From the NCBI RefSeq assembly GCF_009914755.1, contig NC_060938.1: a stretch of 64,000 bases of DNA; one strand, given 5' to 3'. The translations under genes were made by a program, and so were the position numbers. This document shows, piece by piece, positions 36,340-50,400 of this stretch. Each line of letters starts with the position of its first letter. Position 1 is the stretch's first letter. The notes under the pieces are model-generated. The model was not told the origin of the DNA. It searched no databases and was given only the letters and a program-made list of their open reading frames with translations. This DNA is from the human T2T-CHM13v2.0 reference genome, Homo sapiens.

Positions 36340-38400
36340 GGGGTCAGAGGAATAGAAAGGGATAGGGCTGAAGAACAGAGGTCGCTGCATTTAGAAAGGA
36401 GGCGGGGTCAGAGGAATAGAAAGGGATAGGGCTGAAGAACACAGGTCGCTGCATTTAGAAAGGAGGCGGGGTCAGAGGAATAGAAAGGGATAGGGCTGAA
36501 GAACACAGGTCGCTGCATTTAGAAAGGAGGCGGGGTCAGAGGAATAGAAAGGGACAGGGCTGAAGAACAGAGGTCGCTGCATTTAGAAAGGAGGCGGGGT
36601 CAGAGGAATAGAAAGGGACAGGGCTGAAGAACACAGGTCGCTGCATTTAGAAAGGAGGCGGGGTCAGAGGAATAGAAAGGGACAGGGCTGAAGAACACAG
36701 GTCGCTGCATTTAGAAAGGAGGCGGGGTCAGAGGAATAGAAAGGGACAGGGCTGAAGAACACAGGTCGCTGCATTTAGAAAGGAGGCGGGGTCAGAGGAA
36801 TAGAAAGGGACAGGGCTGAAGAACACAGGTCGCTGCATTTAGAAAGGAGGCGGGGTCAGAGGAATAGAAAGGGACAGGGCTGAAGAACACAGGTCGCTGC
36901 ATTTAGAAAGGAGGCGGGGTCAGAGGAATAGAAAGGGACAGGGCTGAAGAACAGAGGTCGCTGCATTTAGAAAGGAGGCGGGGTCAGAGGAATAGAAGGG
37001 ATAGGCCTGAAGAACAGAGGTCGCTGCATTTAGAAAGGAGGCGGGGTCAGAGGAATAGAAAGGGATAGGGATGAAGAACACAGGTCGCTGCATTTAGAAA
37101 GGAGGCGGGGTCAGAGGAATAGAAAGGGATAGGCCTGAAGAACAGAGGTCGCTGCATTTAGAAAGGAGGCGGGGTCAGAGGAATAGAAAGGGATAGGGAT
37201 GAAGAACAGAGGTCGCTGCATTTAGAAAGGAGGCGGGGTCAGAGGAATAGAAAGGGATAGGCCTGAAGAACAGAGGTCGCTGCATTTAGAAAGGAGGCGG
37301 GGTCAGAGGAATAGAAAGGGACAGGGCTGAAGAACACAGGTCGCTGCATTTAGAAAGGAGGCGGGGTCAGAGGAATAGAAAGGGATAGGGCTGAAGAACA
37401 GAGGTCGCTGCATTTAGAAAGGAGGCGGGGTCAGAGGAATAGAAAGGGATAGGGCTGAAGAACACAGGTCGCTGCATTTAGAAAGGAGGCGGGGTCAGAG
37501 GAATAGAAAGGGATAGGGCTGAAGAACACAGGTCGCTGCATTTAGAAAGGAGGCGGGGTCAGAGGAATAGAAAGGGACAGGGCTGAAGAACAGAGGTCGC
37601 TGCATTTAGAAAGGAGGCGGGGTCAGAGGAATAGAAAGGGACAGGGCTGAAGAACACAGGTCGCTGCATTTAGAAAGGAGGCGGGGTCAGAGGAATAGAA
37701 AGGGACAGGGCTGAAGAACACAGGTCGCTGCATTTAGAAAGGAGGCGGGGTCAGAGGAATAGAAAGGGACAGGGCTGAAGAACACAGGTCGCTGCATTTA
37801 GAAAGGAGGCGGGGTCAGAGGAATAGAAAGGGACAGGGCTGAAGAACACAGGTCGCTGCATTTAGAAAGGAGGCGGGGTCAGAGGAATAGAAAGGGACAG
37901 GGCTGAAGAACACAGGTCGCTGCATTTAGAAAGGAGGCGGGGTCAGAGGAATAGAAAGGGACAGGGCTGAAGAACAGAGGTCGCTGCATTTAGAAAGGAG
38001 GCGGGGTCAGAGGAATAGAAGGGATAGGCCTGAAGAACAGAGGTCGCTGCATTTAGAAAGGAGGCGGGGTCAGAGGAATAGAAAGGGATAGGGATGAAGA
38101 ACACAGGTCGCTGCATTTAGAAAGGAGGCGGGGTCAGAGGAATAGAAAGGGATAGGCCTGAAGAACAGAGGTCGCTGCATTTAGAAAGGAGGCGGGGTCA
38201 GAGGAATAGAAAGGGATAGGGATGAAGAACAGAGGTCGCTGCATTTAGAAAGGAGGCGGGGTCAGAGGAATAGAAAGGGATAGGCCTGAAGAACAGAGGT
38301 CGCTGCATTTAGAAAGGAGGCGGGGTCAGAGGAATAGAAAGGGACAGGGCTGAAGAACACAGGTCGCTGCATTTAGAAAGGAGGCGGGGTCAGAGGAATA
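36340..38400 (+). repeat. Tandem duplication of a 16-monomer block (1023-bp period)
   Basis: The same 1-bp deletion (TAGAAGGGAT) occurs at ~36997 and ~38020, 1023 bp apart (16x64-1), with an identical order of GGCC/GGGATG variants following it. Boundaries are approximate. Confidence 0.85.
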
Positions 38401-41400
38401 GAAAGGGATAGGGCTGAAGAACACAGGTCGCTGCATTTAGAAAGGAGGCGGGGTCAGAGGAATAGAAAGGGATAGGGCTGAAGAACACAGGTCGCTGCAT
38501 TTAGAAAGGAGGCGGGGTCAGAGGAATAGAAAGGGATAGGGCTGAAGAACACAGGTCGCTGCATTTATAAAGGAGGCGGGGTTAGAGGAATAGAAAGGGA
38601 CAGGGCTGAAGAACACAGGTCGCTGCATTTAGAAAGGAGGCGGGGTCAGAGGAATAGAAAGGGACAGGGCTGAAGAACACAGGTCGCTGCATTTAGAAAG
38701 GAGGCGGGGTCAGAGGAATAGAAAGGGACAGGGCTGAAGAACACAGGTCGCTGCATTTAGAAAGGAGGCGGGGTCAGAGGAATAGAAAGGGACAGGACTG
38801 AAGAACACAGGTCGCTGCATTTAGAAAGGAGGCGGGGTCAGAGGAATAGAAAGGGACAGGGCTGAAGAACACAGGTCGCTGCATTTAGAAAGGAGGCGGG
38901 GTCAGAGGAATAGAAAGGGACAGGGCTGAAGAACACAGGTCGCTGCATTTAGAAAGGAGGCGGGGTCAGAGGAATAGAAAGGGACAGGGCTGAAGAACAC
39001 AGGTCACTGCATTTAGAAAGGAGGCGGGGTCAGAGGAATAGAAAGGGACAGGGCTGAAGAACACAGGTCGCTGCATTTAGAAAGGAGGCGGGGTCAGAGG
39101 AATAGAAAGGGACAGGGCTGAAGAACACAGGTCGCTGCATTTAGAAAGGAGGCGGGGTCAGAGGAATAGAAAGGGATAGGACTGAAGAACACAGGTCGCT
39201 GCATTTAGAAAGGAGGCGGGGTCAGAGGAATAGAAAGGGATAGGCCTGAAGAACACAGGTCGCTGCATTTAGAAAGGAGGCGGGGTCAGAGGAATAGAAA
39301 GGGACAGGGCTGAAGAACAGAGGTCGCTGCATTTAGAAAGGAGGCGGGGTCAGAGGAATAGAAAGGGACAGGGCTGAAGAACAGAGGTCGCTGCATTTAG
39401 AAAGGAGGCGGGGTCAGAGGAATAGAAAGGGACAGGACAGAAGAACACAGGTCGCTGCATTTAGAAAGGAGGCGGGGTCAGAGGAATAGAAAGGGACAGG
39501 ACAGAAGAACACAGGTCGCTGCATTTAGAAAGGAGGCGGGGTCAGAGGAATAGAAAGGGACAGGACAGAAGAACACAGGTCGCTGCATTTAGAAAGGAGG
39601 CGGGGTCAGAGGAATAGAAAGGGATAGGGCTGAAGAACAGAGGTCGCTGCATTTAGAAAGGAGGCGGGGTCAGAGGAATAGAAAGGGATAGGGCTGAAGA
39701 ACACAGGTCGCTGCATTTAGAAAGGAGGCGGGGTCAGAGGAATAGAAAGGGACAGGGCTGAAGAACACAGGTCGCTGCATTTAGAAAGGAGGCGGGGTCA
39801 GAGGAATAGAAAGGGATAGGGCTGAAGAACACAGGTCGCTGCATTTAGAAAGGAGGCGGGGTCAGAGGAATAGAAAGGGATAGGCCTGAAGAACACAGGT
39901 CGCTGCATTTAGAAAGGAGGCGGGGTTAGAGGAATAGAAAGGGACAGGGCTGAAGAACACAGGTCGCTGCATTTAGAAAGGAGGCGGGGTCAGAGGAATA
40001 GAAAGGGACAGAGCTGAAGAACAGAGGTCGCTGCATTTAGAAAGGAGGCGGGGTCAGAGGAATAGAAAGGGACAGGACAGAAGAACACAGGTCGCTGCAT
40101 TTAGAAAGGAGGCGGGGTCAGAGGAACAGAAAGGGATAGGGCTGAAGAACAGAGGTCGCTGCATTTAGAAAGGAGGCGGGGTCAGTAGAATAGAAAGGGA
40201 CAGGACAGAAGAACACAGGTCGCTGCATTTAGAAAGGAGGCGGGGTCAGAGGAACAGAAAGGGATAGGGCTGAAGAACAGAGGTCGCTGCATTTAGAAAG
40301 GAGGCGGGGTCAGTAGAATAGAAAGGGACAGGACAGAAGAACACAGGTCGCTGCATTTAGAAAGGAGGCGGGGTCAGAGGAATAGAAAGGGACAGGGCTG
40401 AAGAACACAGGTCGCTGCATTTAGAAAGGAGGCGGGGTCAGAGGAATAGAAAGGGATAGGGCTGAAGAACACAGGTCGCTGCATTTAGAAAGGAGGCGGG
40501 GTCAGAGGAATAGAAAGGGATAGGGCTGAAGAACACAGGTCGCTGCATTTAGAAAGGAGGCGGGGTTAGAGGAATAGAAAGGGACAGGGCTGAAGAACAC
40601 AGGTCGCTACATTTAGAAAGGAGGCGGGGTCAGAGGAATAGAAAGGGACAGGGCTGAAGAACACAGGTCGCTGCATTTAGAAAGGAAGCGGGGTCAGAGG
40701 AATAGAAAGGGACAGGGCTGAAGAACACAGGTCGCTGCATTTAGAAAGGAGGCGGGGTCAGAGGAATAGAAAGGGACAGGACTGAAGAACAGAGGTCGCT
40801 GCATTTAGAAAGGAGGCGGGGTCAGAGGAATAGAAAGGGACAGGGCTGAAGAACACAGGTCGCTGCATTTAGAAAGGAGGCGGGGTCAGAGGAATAGAAA
40901 GGGACAGGGCTGAAGAACACAGGTCGCTGCCTTTAGAAAGGAGGCGGGGTCAGAGGAATAGAAAGGGACAGGACTGAAGAACACAGGTCGCTGCATTTAG
41001 AAAGGAGGCGTGGTAAGAGGAATAGAAAGGGACAGGGCTGAAGAACAGAGGTCGCTGCATTTAGAAAGGAGGCGGGGTCAGAGGAATAGAAAGGGACAGG
41101 GCTGAAGAACAGAGGTCGCTGCATTTAGAAAGGAGGCGGGGTCAGAGCAATAGAAAGGGACAGGGCTGAAGAACACAGGTCGCTGCATTTAGAAAGGAGG
41201 CGGGGTCAGAGGAATAGAAAGGGACAGGGCTGAAGAACACAGGTCACTGCATTTAGAAAGGAGGCGGGGTCAGAGGAATAGAAAGGGACAGGGCTGAAGA
41301 ACACAGGTCGCTGCATTTAGAAAGGAGGCGGGGTCAGAGGAATAGAAAGGGACAGGGCTGAAGAACACAGGTCGCTGCATTTAGAAAGGAGGCGGGGTCA

Positions 41401-44400
41401 GAGGAATAGAAAGGGACAGGGCTGAAGAACACAGGTCGCTGCATTTAGAAAGGAGGCGGGGTCAGAGGAATAGAAAGGGATGGGGCTGAAGAACACAGGT
41501 CGCTGCATTTAGAAAGGAGGCGGGGTCAGAGGAATAGAAAGGGATGGGGCTGAAGAACAGAGGTCGCTGCATTTAGAAAGGAGGCGGGGTCAGAGGAATA
41601 GAAAGGGACGGGGCTGAAGAACACAGGTCGCTGCATTTAGAAAGGAGGCGGGGTCAGAGGAATAGAAAGGGACAGGGCTGAAGAACACAGGTCGCTGCAT
41701 TTAGAAAGGAGGCGGGGTCAGAGGAATAGAAAGGGACAGGGCTGAAGAACACAGGTCGCTGGATTTAGAAAGGAGGCGGAGTCAGAGGAATAGAAAGGGA
41801 TAGGACTGAAGAACAGAGGTCGCTGCATTTAGAAAGGAGGCGGGGTCAGAGGAATAGAAAGGGACAGGGCTGAAGAACACAGGTCGCTGCATTTAGAAAG
41901 GAGGCGGAGTCAGAGGAATAGGAAGGGATAGGGCTGAAGAACAGAGGTCGCTGCATTTAGAAAGGAGGCGGGGTCAGAGGAATAGAAAGGGACAGGGCTG
42001 AAGAACAGAGGTCGCTGCATTTAGAAAGGAGGCGGGGTCAGAGGAATAGAAAGGGACAGGGCTGAAGAACAGAGGTCGCTGCATTTAGAAAGGAGGCGGG
42101 GTCAGAGGAATAGAAAGGGATAGGCCTGAAGAACACAGGTCGCTGCATTTAGAAAGGAGGCGGGGTTAGAGGAATAGAAAGGGACAGGGCTGAAAACAGA
42201 GGTCGCTGCATTTAGAAAGGAGGCGGGGTCAGAGGAATAGAAAGGGATAGGGCTGAAGAACACAGGTCGCTGCATTTAGAAAGGAGGCGGGGTCAGAGGA
42301 ATAGAAAGGGATAGGCCTGAAGAACACAGGTCGCTGCATTTAGAAAGGAGGGGGGTCAGAGGAATAGAAAGGGACAGGGCTGAAGAACAGAGGTCGCTGC
42401 ATTTAGAAAGGAGGCGGGGTCAGAGGAATAGAAAGGGACGGGCCTGAAGAACACAGGTCGCTGCATTTAGAAAGGAGGCGGGGTCAGAGGAATAGAAAGG
42501 GATAGGGCTGAAGAACAGAGGTCGCTGCATTTAGAAAGGAGGCGGGGTCAGAGGAATAGAAAGGGATAGGCCTGAAGAACAGAGGTCGCTGCATTTAGAA
42601 AGGAGGCGGGGTTAGAGGAATAGAAAGGGACAGGGCTGAAGAACACAGGTCGCTGCATTTAGAAAGGAGGCGGGGTCAGAGGAATAGAAAGGGATAGGGC
42701 TGAAGAACAGAGGTCGCTGCATTTAGAAAGGAGGCGGGGTCAGAGGAATAGAAAGGGATAGGGCTGAAGAACACATGTCGCTGCATTTAGAAAGGAGGCG
42801 GGGTCAGAGGAATAGAAAGGGATAGGACTGAAGAACACAGGTCGCTGCATTTAGAAAGGAGGCGGGGTCAGAGGAATAGAAAGGGACAGGGCTGAAGAAC
42901 AGAGGTCGCTGCATTTAGAAAGGAGGCGGGGTCAGAGGAATAGAAAGGGACAGGGCTGAAGAACACAGGTCGCTGCATTTAGAAAGGAGGCGGGGTCAGA
43001 GGACTAGAAAGGGACAGGGCTGAAGAACACAGGTCGCTGCATTTAGAAAGGAGGCGGGGTCAGAGGAATAGAAAGGGACAGGGCTGAAGAACACAGGTCG
43101 CTGCATTTAGAAAGGAGGCGGGGTCAGAGGAATAGAAAGGGACAGGGCTGAAGAACAGAGGTCGCTGCATTTAGAAAGGAGGCGGGGTCAGAGGAATAGA
43201 AAGGGACAGGGCTGAAGAACAGAGGTCGCTGTATTTAGAAAGGAGGCGGGGTCAGAGGAATAGAAAGGGACAGGGCTGAAGAACACAGGTCGCTGCATTT
43301 AGAAAGGAGGCGGGGTCAGAGGAATAGAAAGGGACAGGGCTGAAGAACAGAGGTCGCTGCATTTAGAAAGGAGGCGGGGTCAGAGGAATAGAAAGGGACA
43401 GGGCTGAAGAACACAGGTCGCTGCATTTAGAAAGGAGGCGGGGTCAGAGGAATAGAAAGGGATAGGGCTGAAGAACAGAGGTCGCTGCATTTAGAAAGGA
43501 GGCGGGGTCAGAGGAATAGAAAGGGATAGGGATGAAGAACACAGGTCGCTGCATTTAGAAAGGAGGCGGGGTCAGAGGAATAGAAAGGGACAGGGCTGAA
43601 GAACACAGGTCGCTGCATTTAGAAAGGAGGCGGGGTCAGAGGAATAGAAAGGGACAGGGCTGAAGAACACAGGTCGCTGCATTTAGAAAGGAGGCGGGGT
43701 CAGAGGAATAGAAAGGGATAGGGCTGAAGAACACAGGTCGCTGCATTTAGAAAGGAGGCGGGGTCAGAGGAATAGAAAGGGACAGGGCTGAAGAACAGAG
43801 GTCGCTGCATTTAGAAAGGAGGCGGGGTCAGAGGAATAGAAAGGGATAGGGCTGAAGAACACAGGTCGCTGCATTTAGAAAGGAGGCGGGGTCAGAGGAA
43901 TAGAAAGGGATAGGACTGAAGAACACAGGTCGCTGCATTTAGAAAGGAGGCGGGGTCAGAGGAATAGAAAGGGATAGGGCTGAAGAACACAGGTCGCTGC
44001 ATTTAGAAAGGAGGCGGGGTCAGAGGAATAGAAAGGGATAGGCCTGAAGAACACAGGTCGCTGCATTTAGAAAGGAGGCGGGGTCAGAGGAATAGAAAGG
44101 GATAGGGCTGAAGAACAGAGGTCGCTGCATTTAGAAAGGAGGCGGGGTCAGAGGAATAGAAAGGGATAGGGCTGAAGAACACAGGTCGCTGCATTTAGAA
44201 AGGAGGCGGGGTCAGAGGAATAGAAAGGGATAGGCCTGAAGAACACAGGTCGCTGCATTTAGAAAGGAGGGGGGTCAGAGGAATAGAAAGGGACAGGGCT
44301 GAAGAACAGAGGTCGCTGCATTTAGAAAGGAGGCGGGGTCAGAGGAATAGAAAGGGACGGGGCTGAAGAACACAGGTCGCTGCATTTAGAAAGGAGGCGG

Positions 44401-47400
44401 GGTCAGAGGAATAGAAAGGGATAGGGCTGAAGAACAGAGGTCGCTGCATTTAGAAAGGAGGCGGGGTCAGAGGAATAGAAAGGGATAGGCCTGAAGAACA
44501 GAGGTCGCTGCATTTAGAAAGGAGGCGGGGTTAGAGGAATAGAAAGGGACAGGGCTGAAGAACACAGGTCGCTGCATTTAGAAAGGAGGCGGGGTCAGAG
44601 GAATAGAAAGGGATAGGGCTGAAGAACAGAGGTCGCTGCATTTAGAAAGGAGGCGGGGTCAGAGGAATAGAAAGGGATAGGGCTGAAGAACACATGTCGC
44701 TGCATTTAGAAAGGAGGCGGGGTCAGAGGAATAGAAAGGGATAGGACTGAAGAACACAGGTCGCTGCATTTAGAAAGGAGGCGGGGTCAGAGGAATAGAA
44801 AGGGACAGGGCTGAAGAACAGAGGTCGCTGCATTTAGAAAGGAGGCGGGGTCAGAGGAATAGAAAGGGACAGGGCTGAAGAACACAGGTCGCTGCATTTA
44901 GAAAGGAGTCGGGGTCAGAGGAATAGAAAGGGATAGGGCTGAAGAACACAGGTCGCTGCATTTAGAAAGGAGGCGGGGTCAGAGGAATAGAAAGGGACAG
45001 GGCTGAAGAACAGAGGTCGCTGCATTTAGAAAGGAGGCGGGGTCAGAGGAATAGAAAGGGACAGGGCTGAAGAACACAGGTCGCTGCATTTAGAAAGGAG
45101 GCGGGGTCAGAGGAATAGAAAGGGATAGGGCTGAAGAACACAGGTCGCTGCATTTAGAAAGGAGGCGGGGTCAGAGGAATAGAAAGGGATAGGGCTGAAG
45201 AACAGATGTCGCTGCATTTAGAAAGGAGGCGGAGTCAGAGGAATAGAAAGGGATAGGGCTGAAGAACAGAGGTCGCTGCATTTAGAAAGGAGGCGGGGTC
45301 AGAGGAATAGAAAGGGATAGGACTGAAGAACAGAGGTCGCTGCATTTAGAAAGGAGGCGGGGTCAGAGGAATAGAAAGGGATAGGGCTGAAGAACAGAGG
45401 TCGCTGCATTTAGAAAGGAGGCGGGGTCAGAGGAATAGAAAGGGATAGGACTGAAGAACAGAGGTCGCTGCATTTAGAAAGGAGGCGGGGTCAGAGGAAT
45501 AGAAAGGGATAGGGCTGAAGAACAGAGGTCGCTGCATTTAGAAAGGAGGCGGGGTCAGAGGAATAGAAAGGGATAGGCCTGAAGAACAGAGGTCGCTCCA
45601 TTTAGAAAGGAGGCGGGGTCAGAGGAATAGAAAGGGATAGGGCTGAAGAACACAGGTCGCAGCATTTAGAAAGGAGGCTGGGTCAGAGGAATAGAAAGGG
45701 ATAGGCCTGAAGAACAGAGGTCGCTGCATTTAGAAAGGAGGCGGGGTCAGAGGAAAAGAAAGGGACAGGGCTGAAGAACACAGGTCGCTGCATTTAGAAA
45801 GGAGGCGGGGTCAGAGGAATAGAAAGGGACAGGGCTGAAGAACACAGGTCGCTGCATTTAGAAAGGAGGCGGGGTCAGAGGAATAGAAAGGGACAGGGCT
45901 GAAGAACACAGGTCGCTGCATTTAGAAAGGAGGCGGGGTCAGAGGAATAGAAAGGGACAGGGCTGAAGAACACAGGTCGCTGCATTTAGAAAGGAGGCGG
46001 GGTCAGAGGAATAGAAAGGGATAGGGCTGAAGAACACAGGTCGCTGCATTTAGAAAGGAGGCGGGGTCAGAGGAATAGAAAGGGATAGGGCTGAAGAACA
46101 GAGGTCGCTGCATTTAGAAAGGAGGCGGGGTCAGAGGAATAGAAAGGGATAGGGCTGAAGAACACAGGTCGCTGCATTTAGAAAGGAGGCGGGGTCAGAG
46201 GAATAGAAAGGGACAGGGCTGAAGAACACAGGTCGCTGCATTTAGAAAGGAGGCGGGGTCAGAGGAATAGAAAGGGATAGGGCTGAAGAACACAGGTCGC
46301 TGCATTTAGAAAGGAGGCGGGGTCAGAGGAATAGAAAGGGACAGGGCTGAAGAACAGAGGTCGCTGCATTTAGAAAGGAGGCGGGGTCAGAGGAATAGAA
46401 AGGGACAGGGCTGAAGAACACAGGTCGCTGCATTTAGAAAGGAGGCGGGGTCAGAGGAATAGAAAGGGACAGGGCTGAAGAACAGAGGTCGCTGCATTTA
46501 GAAAGGAGGCGGGGTTAGAGGAATAGAAAGGGACAGGGCTGAAGAACACAGGTCGCTGCATTTAGAAAGGAGGCGGGGTCAGAGGAATAGAAAGGGATAG
46601 GGCTGAAGAACAGAGGTCGTTGCATTTAGAAAGGAGGCGGGGTCAGAGGAATAGAAAGGGATAGGGCTGAAGAACACAGGTCGCTGCATTTAGAAAGGAG
46701 GCGGGGTCAGAGGAATAGAAAGGGACAGGGCTGAAGAACACAGGTCGCTGCATTTAGAAAGGAGGCGGGGTCAGAGGAATAGAAAGGGATAGGGATGAAG
46801 AACACAGGTCGCTGCATTTAGAAAGGAGGCGGGGTCAGAGGAATAGAAACGGATAGGGCTGAAGAACAGAGGTCGCTGCATTTAGAAAGGAGGCGGGGTC
46901 AGAGGAATAGAAAGGGATAGGACTGAAGAACAGAGGTCGCTGTATTTAGAAAGGAGGCGGGGTCAGAGGAATAGAAAGGGATAGGGCTGAAGAACACAGG
47001 TCGCTGCATTTAGAAAGGAGGCGGGGTCAGAGGAATAGAAAGGGATAGGAATGAAGAACACAGGTCGCTGCATTTAGAAAGGAGGCGGGGTCAGAGGAAT
47101 AGAAAGGGACAGGGCTGAAGAACACAGGTCGCTGCATTTAGAAAGGAGGCGGGGTCAGAGGAATAGAAAGGGACAGGGCTGAAGAACACAGGTCGCTGCA
47201 TTTAGAAAGGAGGCGGGGTCAGAGGAATAGAAAGGGATAGGGCTGAAGAACACAGGTCGCTGCATTTAGAAAGGAGGCGGGGTCAGAGGAATAGAAAGGG
47301 ACAGGGCTGAAGAACACAGGTCGCTGCATTTAGAAAGGAGGCGGGGTCAGAGGAATAGAAAGGGACAGGGCTGAAGAACACAGGTCGCTGCATTTAGAAA

Positions 47401-50400
47401 GGAGGCGGGGTCAGAGGAATAGAAAGGGACAGGGCTGAAGAACACAGGTCGCTGCATTTAGAAAGGAGGCGGGGTCAGAGGAATAGAAAGGGACAGGGCT
47501 GAAGAACACAGGTCGCTGCATTTAGAAAGGAGGCGGGGTCAGAGGAATAGAAAGGGATAGGGCTGAAGAACACAGGTCGCTGCATTTAGAAAGGAGGCGG
47601 GGTCAGAGGAATAGAAAGGGACAGGGCTGAAGAACAGAGGTCGCTGCATTTAGAAAGGAGGCGGGGTCAGAGGAAGAGAAAGGGATAGGGCTGAAGAACA
47701 CAGGTCGCTGCATTTAGAAAGGAGGCGGGGTCAGAGGAATAGAAAGGGATAGGACTGAAGAACACAGGTCGCTGCATTTAGAAAGGAGGCGGGGTCAGAG
47801 GAATAGAAAGGGATAGGGCTGAAGAACACAGGTCGCTGCATTTAGAAAGGAGGCGGGGTCAGAGGAATAGAAAGGGATAGGCCTGAAGAACACAGGTCGC
47901 TGCATTTAGAAAGGAGGCGGGGTCAGAGGAATAGAAAGTGATAGGGCTGAAGAACAGAGGTCGCTGCATTTAGAAAGGAGGCGGGGTCAGAGGAATAGAA
48001 AGGGACAGGGCTGAAGAACACAGGTCGCTGCATTTAGAAAGGAGGCGGGGTCAGAGGAATAGAAAGGGATAGGGCTGAAGAACACAGGTCGCTGCATTTA
48101 GAAAGGAGGCGGGGTCAGAGGAATAGAAAGGGACAGGGCTGAAGAACAGAGGTCGCTGCATTTAGAAAGGAGGCGGGGTCAGAGGAATAGAAAGGGACAG
48201 GGCTGAAGAACACAGGTCGCTGCATTTAGAAAGGAGGCGGGGTCAGAGGAATAGAAAGGGATAGGGCTGAAGAACACAGGTCGCTGCATTTAGAAAGGAG
48301 GCGGGGTCAGAGGAATAGAAAGGGATAGGGCTGAAGAACAGAGGTCGCTGCATTTAGAAAGGAGGCGGGGTCAGAGGAATAGAAAGGGATAGGGCTGAAG
48401 AACAGAGGTCGCTGCATTTAGAAAGGAGGCGGGGTCAGAGGAATAGAAAGGGATAGGGCTGAAGAACAGAGGTCGCTGCATTTAGAAAGGAGGCGGGGTC
48501 AGAGGAATAGAAAGGGACAGGGCTGAAGAACACAGGTCGCTGCATTTAGAAAGGAGGCGGGGTCAGAGGAATAGAAAGGGATAGGGCTGAAGAACAGTGG
48601 TCGCTGCATTTAGAAAGGAGGCGGGGTCAGAGGAATAGAAAGGGATAGGGCTGAAGAACAGAGGTCGCTGCATTTAGAAAGGAGGCGGGGTCAGAGGAAT
48701 AGAAAGGGACAGGGCTGAAGAACACAGGTCGCTGCATTTAGAAAGGAGGCGGGGTCAGAGGAATAGAAAGGGATAGGGCTGAAGAACAGAGGTCGCTGCA
48801 TTTAGAAAGGAGGCGGGGTCAGAGGAATAGAAAGGGATAGGGCTGAAGAACAGAGGTCGCTGCATTTAGAAAGGAGGCGGGGTCAGAGGAATAGAAAGGG
48901 ACAGGGCTGAAGAACACAGGTCGCTGCATTTAGAAAGGAGGCGGGGTCAGAGGAATAGAAAGGGATAGGGCTGAAGAACAGAGGTCGCTGCATTTAGAAA
49001 GGAGGCGGGGTCAGAGGAATAGAAAGGGATAGGGCTGAAGAACACAGGTCGCTGCATTTAGAAAGGAGGCGGGGTCAGAGGAATAGAAAGGGACAGGGCT
49101 GAAGAACACAGGTCGCTGCATTTAGAAAGGAGGCGGGGTCAGAGGAATAGAAAGGGATAGGCCTGAAGAACACAGGTCGCTGCATTTAGAAAGGAGGCGG
49201 GGTCAGAGGAATAGAAAGGGATAGGGGTGAAGAACAGAGGTCACTGCATTTAGAAAGGAGGCGGGGTTAGAGGAATAGAAAGGGACAGGGCTGAAGAACA
49301 CAGGTCGCTGCATTTAGAAAGGAGGCGGGGTCAGAGGAATAGAAAGGGACAGGGCTGAAGAACACAGGTCGCTGCATTTAGAAAGGAGGCGGGGTCAGAG
49401 GAATAGAAAGGGATAAGGATGAAGAACACAGGTCGCTGCATTTAGAAAGGAGGCTGGGTCAGAGGAATAGAAAGGGATAGGGCTGAAGAACACAGGTCGC
49501 TGCATTTAGAAAGGAGGCGGGGTCAGAGGAATAGAAAGGGATAGGCCTGAAGAACACAGGTCGCTGCATTTAGAAAGGAGGCGGGGTCAGAGGAATAGAA
49601 AGGGATAGGGGTGAAGAACAGAGGTCACTGCATTTAGAAAGGAGGCGGGGTTAGAGGAATAGAAAGGGACAGGGCTGAAGAACACAGGTCGCTGCATTTA
49701 GAAAGGAGGCGGGGTCAGAGGAATAGAAAGGGACAGGGCTGAAGAACACAGGTCGCTGCATTTAGAAAGGAGGCGGGGTCAGAGGAATAGAAAGGGACAG
49801 GGCTGAAGAACACAGGTCGCTGCATTTAGAAAGGAGGCGGGGTCAGAGGAATAGAAAGGGACAGGGCTGAAGAACACAGGTCGCTGCATTTAGAAAGGAG
49901 GCGGGGTCAGAGGAATAGAAAGGGACAGGGCTGAAGAACACAGGTCGCTGCATTGAGAAAGGAGGCGGGGTCAGAGGAATAGAAAGGGACAGGGCTGAAG
50001 AACACAGGTCGCTGCATTTAGAAAGGAGGCGGGGTCAGAGGAATAGAAAGGGACAGGGCTGAAGAACAGAGGTCGCTGCATTTAGAAAGGAGGCGGGGTC
50101 AGAGGAATAGAAAGGGATAGGCCTGAAGAACAGAGGTCGCTGCATTTAGAAAGGAGGCGGGGTCAGAGGAATAGAAAGGGATAGGGATGAAGAACACAGG
50201 TCGCTGCATTTAGAAAGGAGGCGGGGTCAGAGGAATAGAAAGGGATAGGGCTGAAGAACACAGGTCGCTGCATTTAGAAAGGAGGCGGGGTCAGAGGAAT
50301 AGAAAGGGATAGGGATGAAGAACACAGGTCGCTGCATTTAGAAAGGAGGCGGGGTCAGAGGAATAGAAAGGGACAGGGCCTGAAGAACAGAGGTCGCTGC

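Noticed and set aside
16679-41124. Four more near-identical 63-aa ORFs (16679, 17127, 23143, 40933)
   Set aside because: Same artefact: GGTCAG>GGTAAG or GGTGAG at ~16761, 17209, 23225 and 41015 removes the stop. Their similarity reflects the satellite, not protein conservation.
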